Assembly (NCBI GenBank): GCA_964485625.1
Contig: CAZAJM010000005.1
Coordinates: 1 to 59,079 of the forward strand
Direction of reading: 5' to 3'
Length of the DNA: 59,079 nucleotides
Source of the DNA: an uncultured Candidatus Saccharibacteria bacterium
GTDB lineage: Bacteria; Patescibacteriota; UBA1384; JAGGWG01; CAZAJM01
Under the pieces are notes generated by a model. The model saw only the letters and a program-made list of their open reading frames with translations, was not told where the DNA came from and searched no databases. Positions 59,079-59,079 of this stretch are shown here, in pieces. The stretch's first letter is position 1. Every line of letters begins with the position of its first letter. The translations under genes and the position numbers were made by a program.

Positions 59079-59079
59079 C

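Noticed and set aside
55400-59079. Replication origin suggested by the change in strand bias
   Set aside because: No dnaA/dnaN genes or DnaA-box cluster; the next gene is again on the minus strand, and skew was not computed.

Overview
This 59 kb chromosomal window looks like a reduced-genome Patescibacteria (CPR)-type bacterium using genetic code 11. The assignment is inferred from the short EF-Ts, the collapsed rpsB-tsf-frr-rseP-proS cluster, a group 3b-like NiFe hydrogenase, and large DUF2341/LamG/FN3 surface proteins. Core content: tig; PfkB, fba, pgk, gap, tpiA; a four-subunit sulfhydrogenase-like operon with hypC; proS, rseP, frr, tsf, rpsB, rpmE, prfA, prmC; htrA; gatCAB; a P-type ATPase; ligA, htpX, DUF2207, lemA; rplI; ctpA. 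The accessory DNA has a distinctive grammar. ORFans sit in self-contained units of sigma70 promoter (-35/17 bp/-10), strong Shine-Dalgarno, ORF and often long-loop terminator, whose T-tract abuts the -35 of the next unit. Two pairs of strongly diverged paralogs are flanked by near-identical 56-65 bp promoter/terminator blocks. The best candidates for undescribed biology are: (1) a 70-aa Gly/His peptide with six regularly spaced HxH motifs, an SD-sequestering leader, and a downstream M16 peptidase; (2) the promoter/terminator-bounded cassette arrays; (3) a palindromic element inserted in frame into prmC, with an intergenic sibling; (4) a minimal hydrogenase maturation set, consisting of a His-tailed HypC in the gap operon and an unknown HypC-fold protein. 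I found no rRNA, tRNA, CRISPR array, integrase or transposase. All family assignments come from motif recognition by eye, not from database searches.
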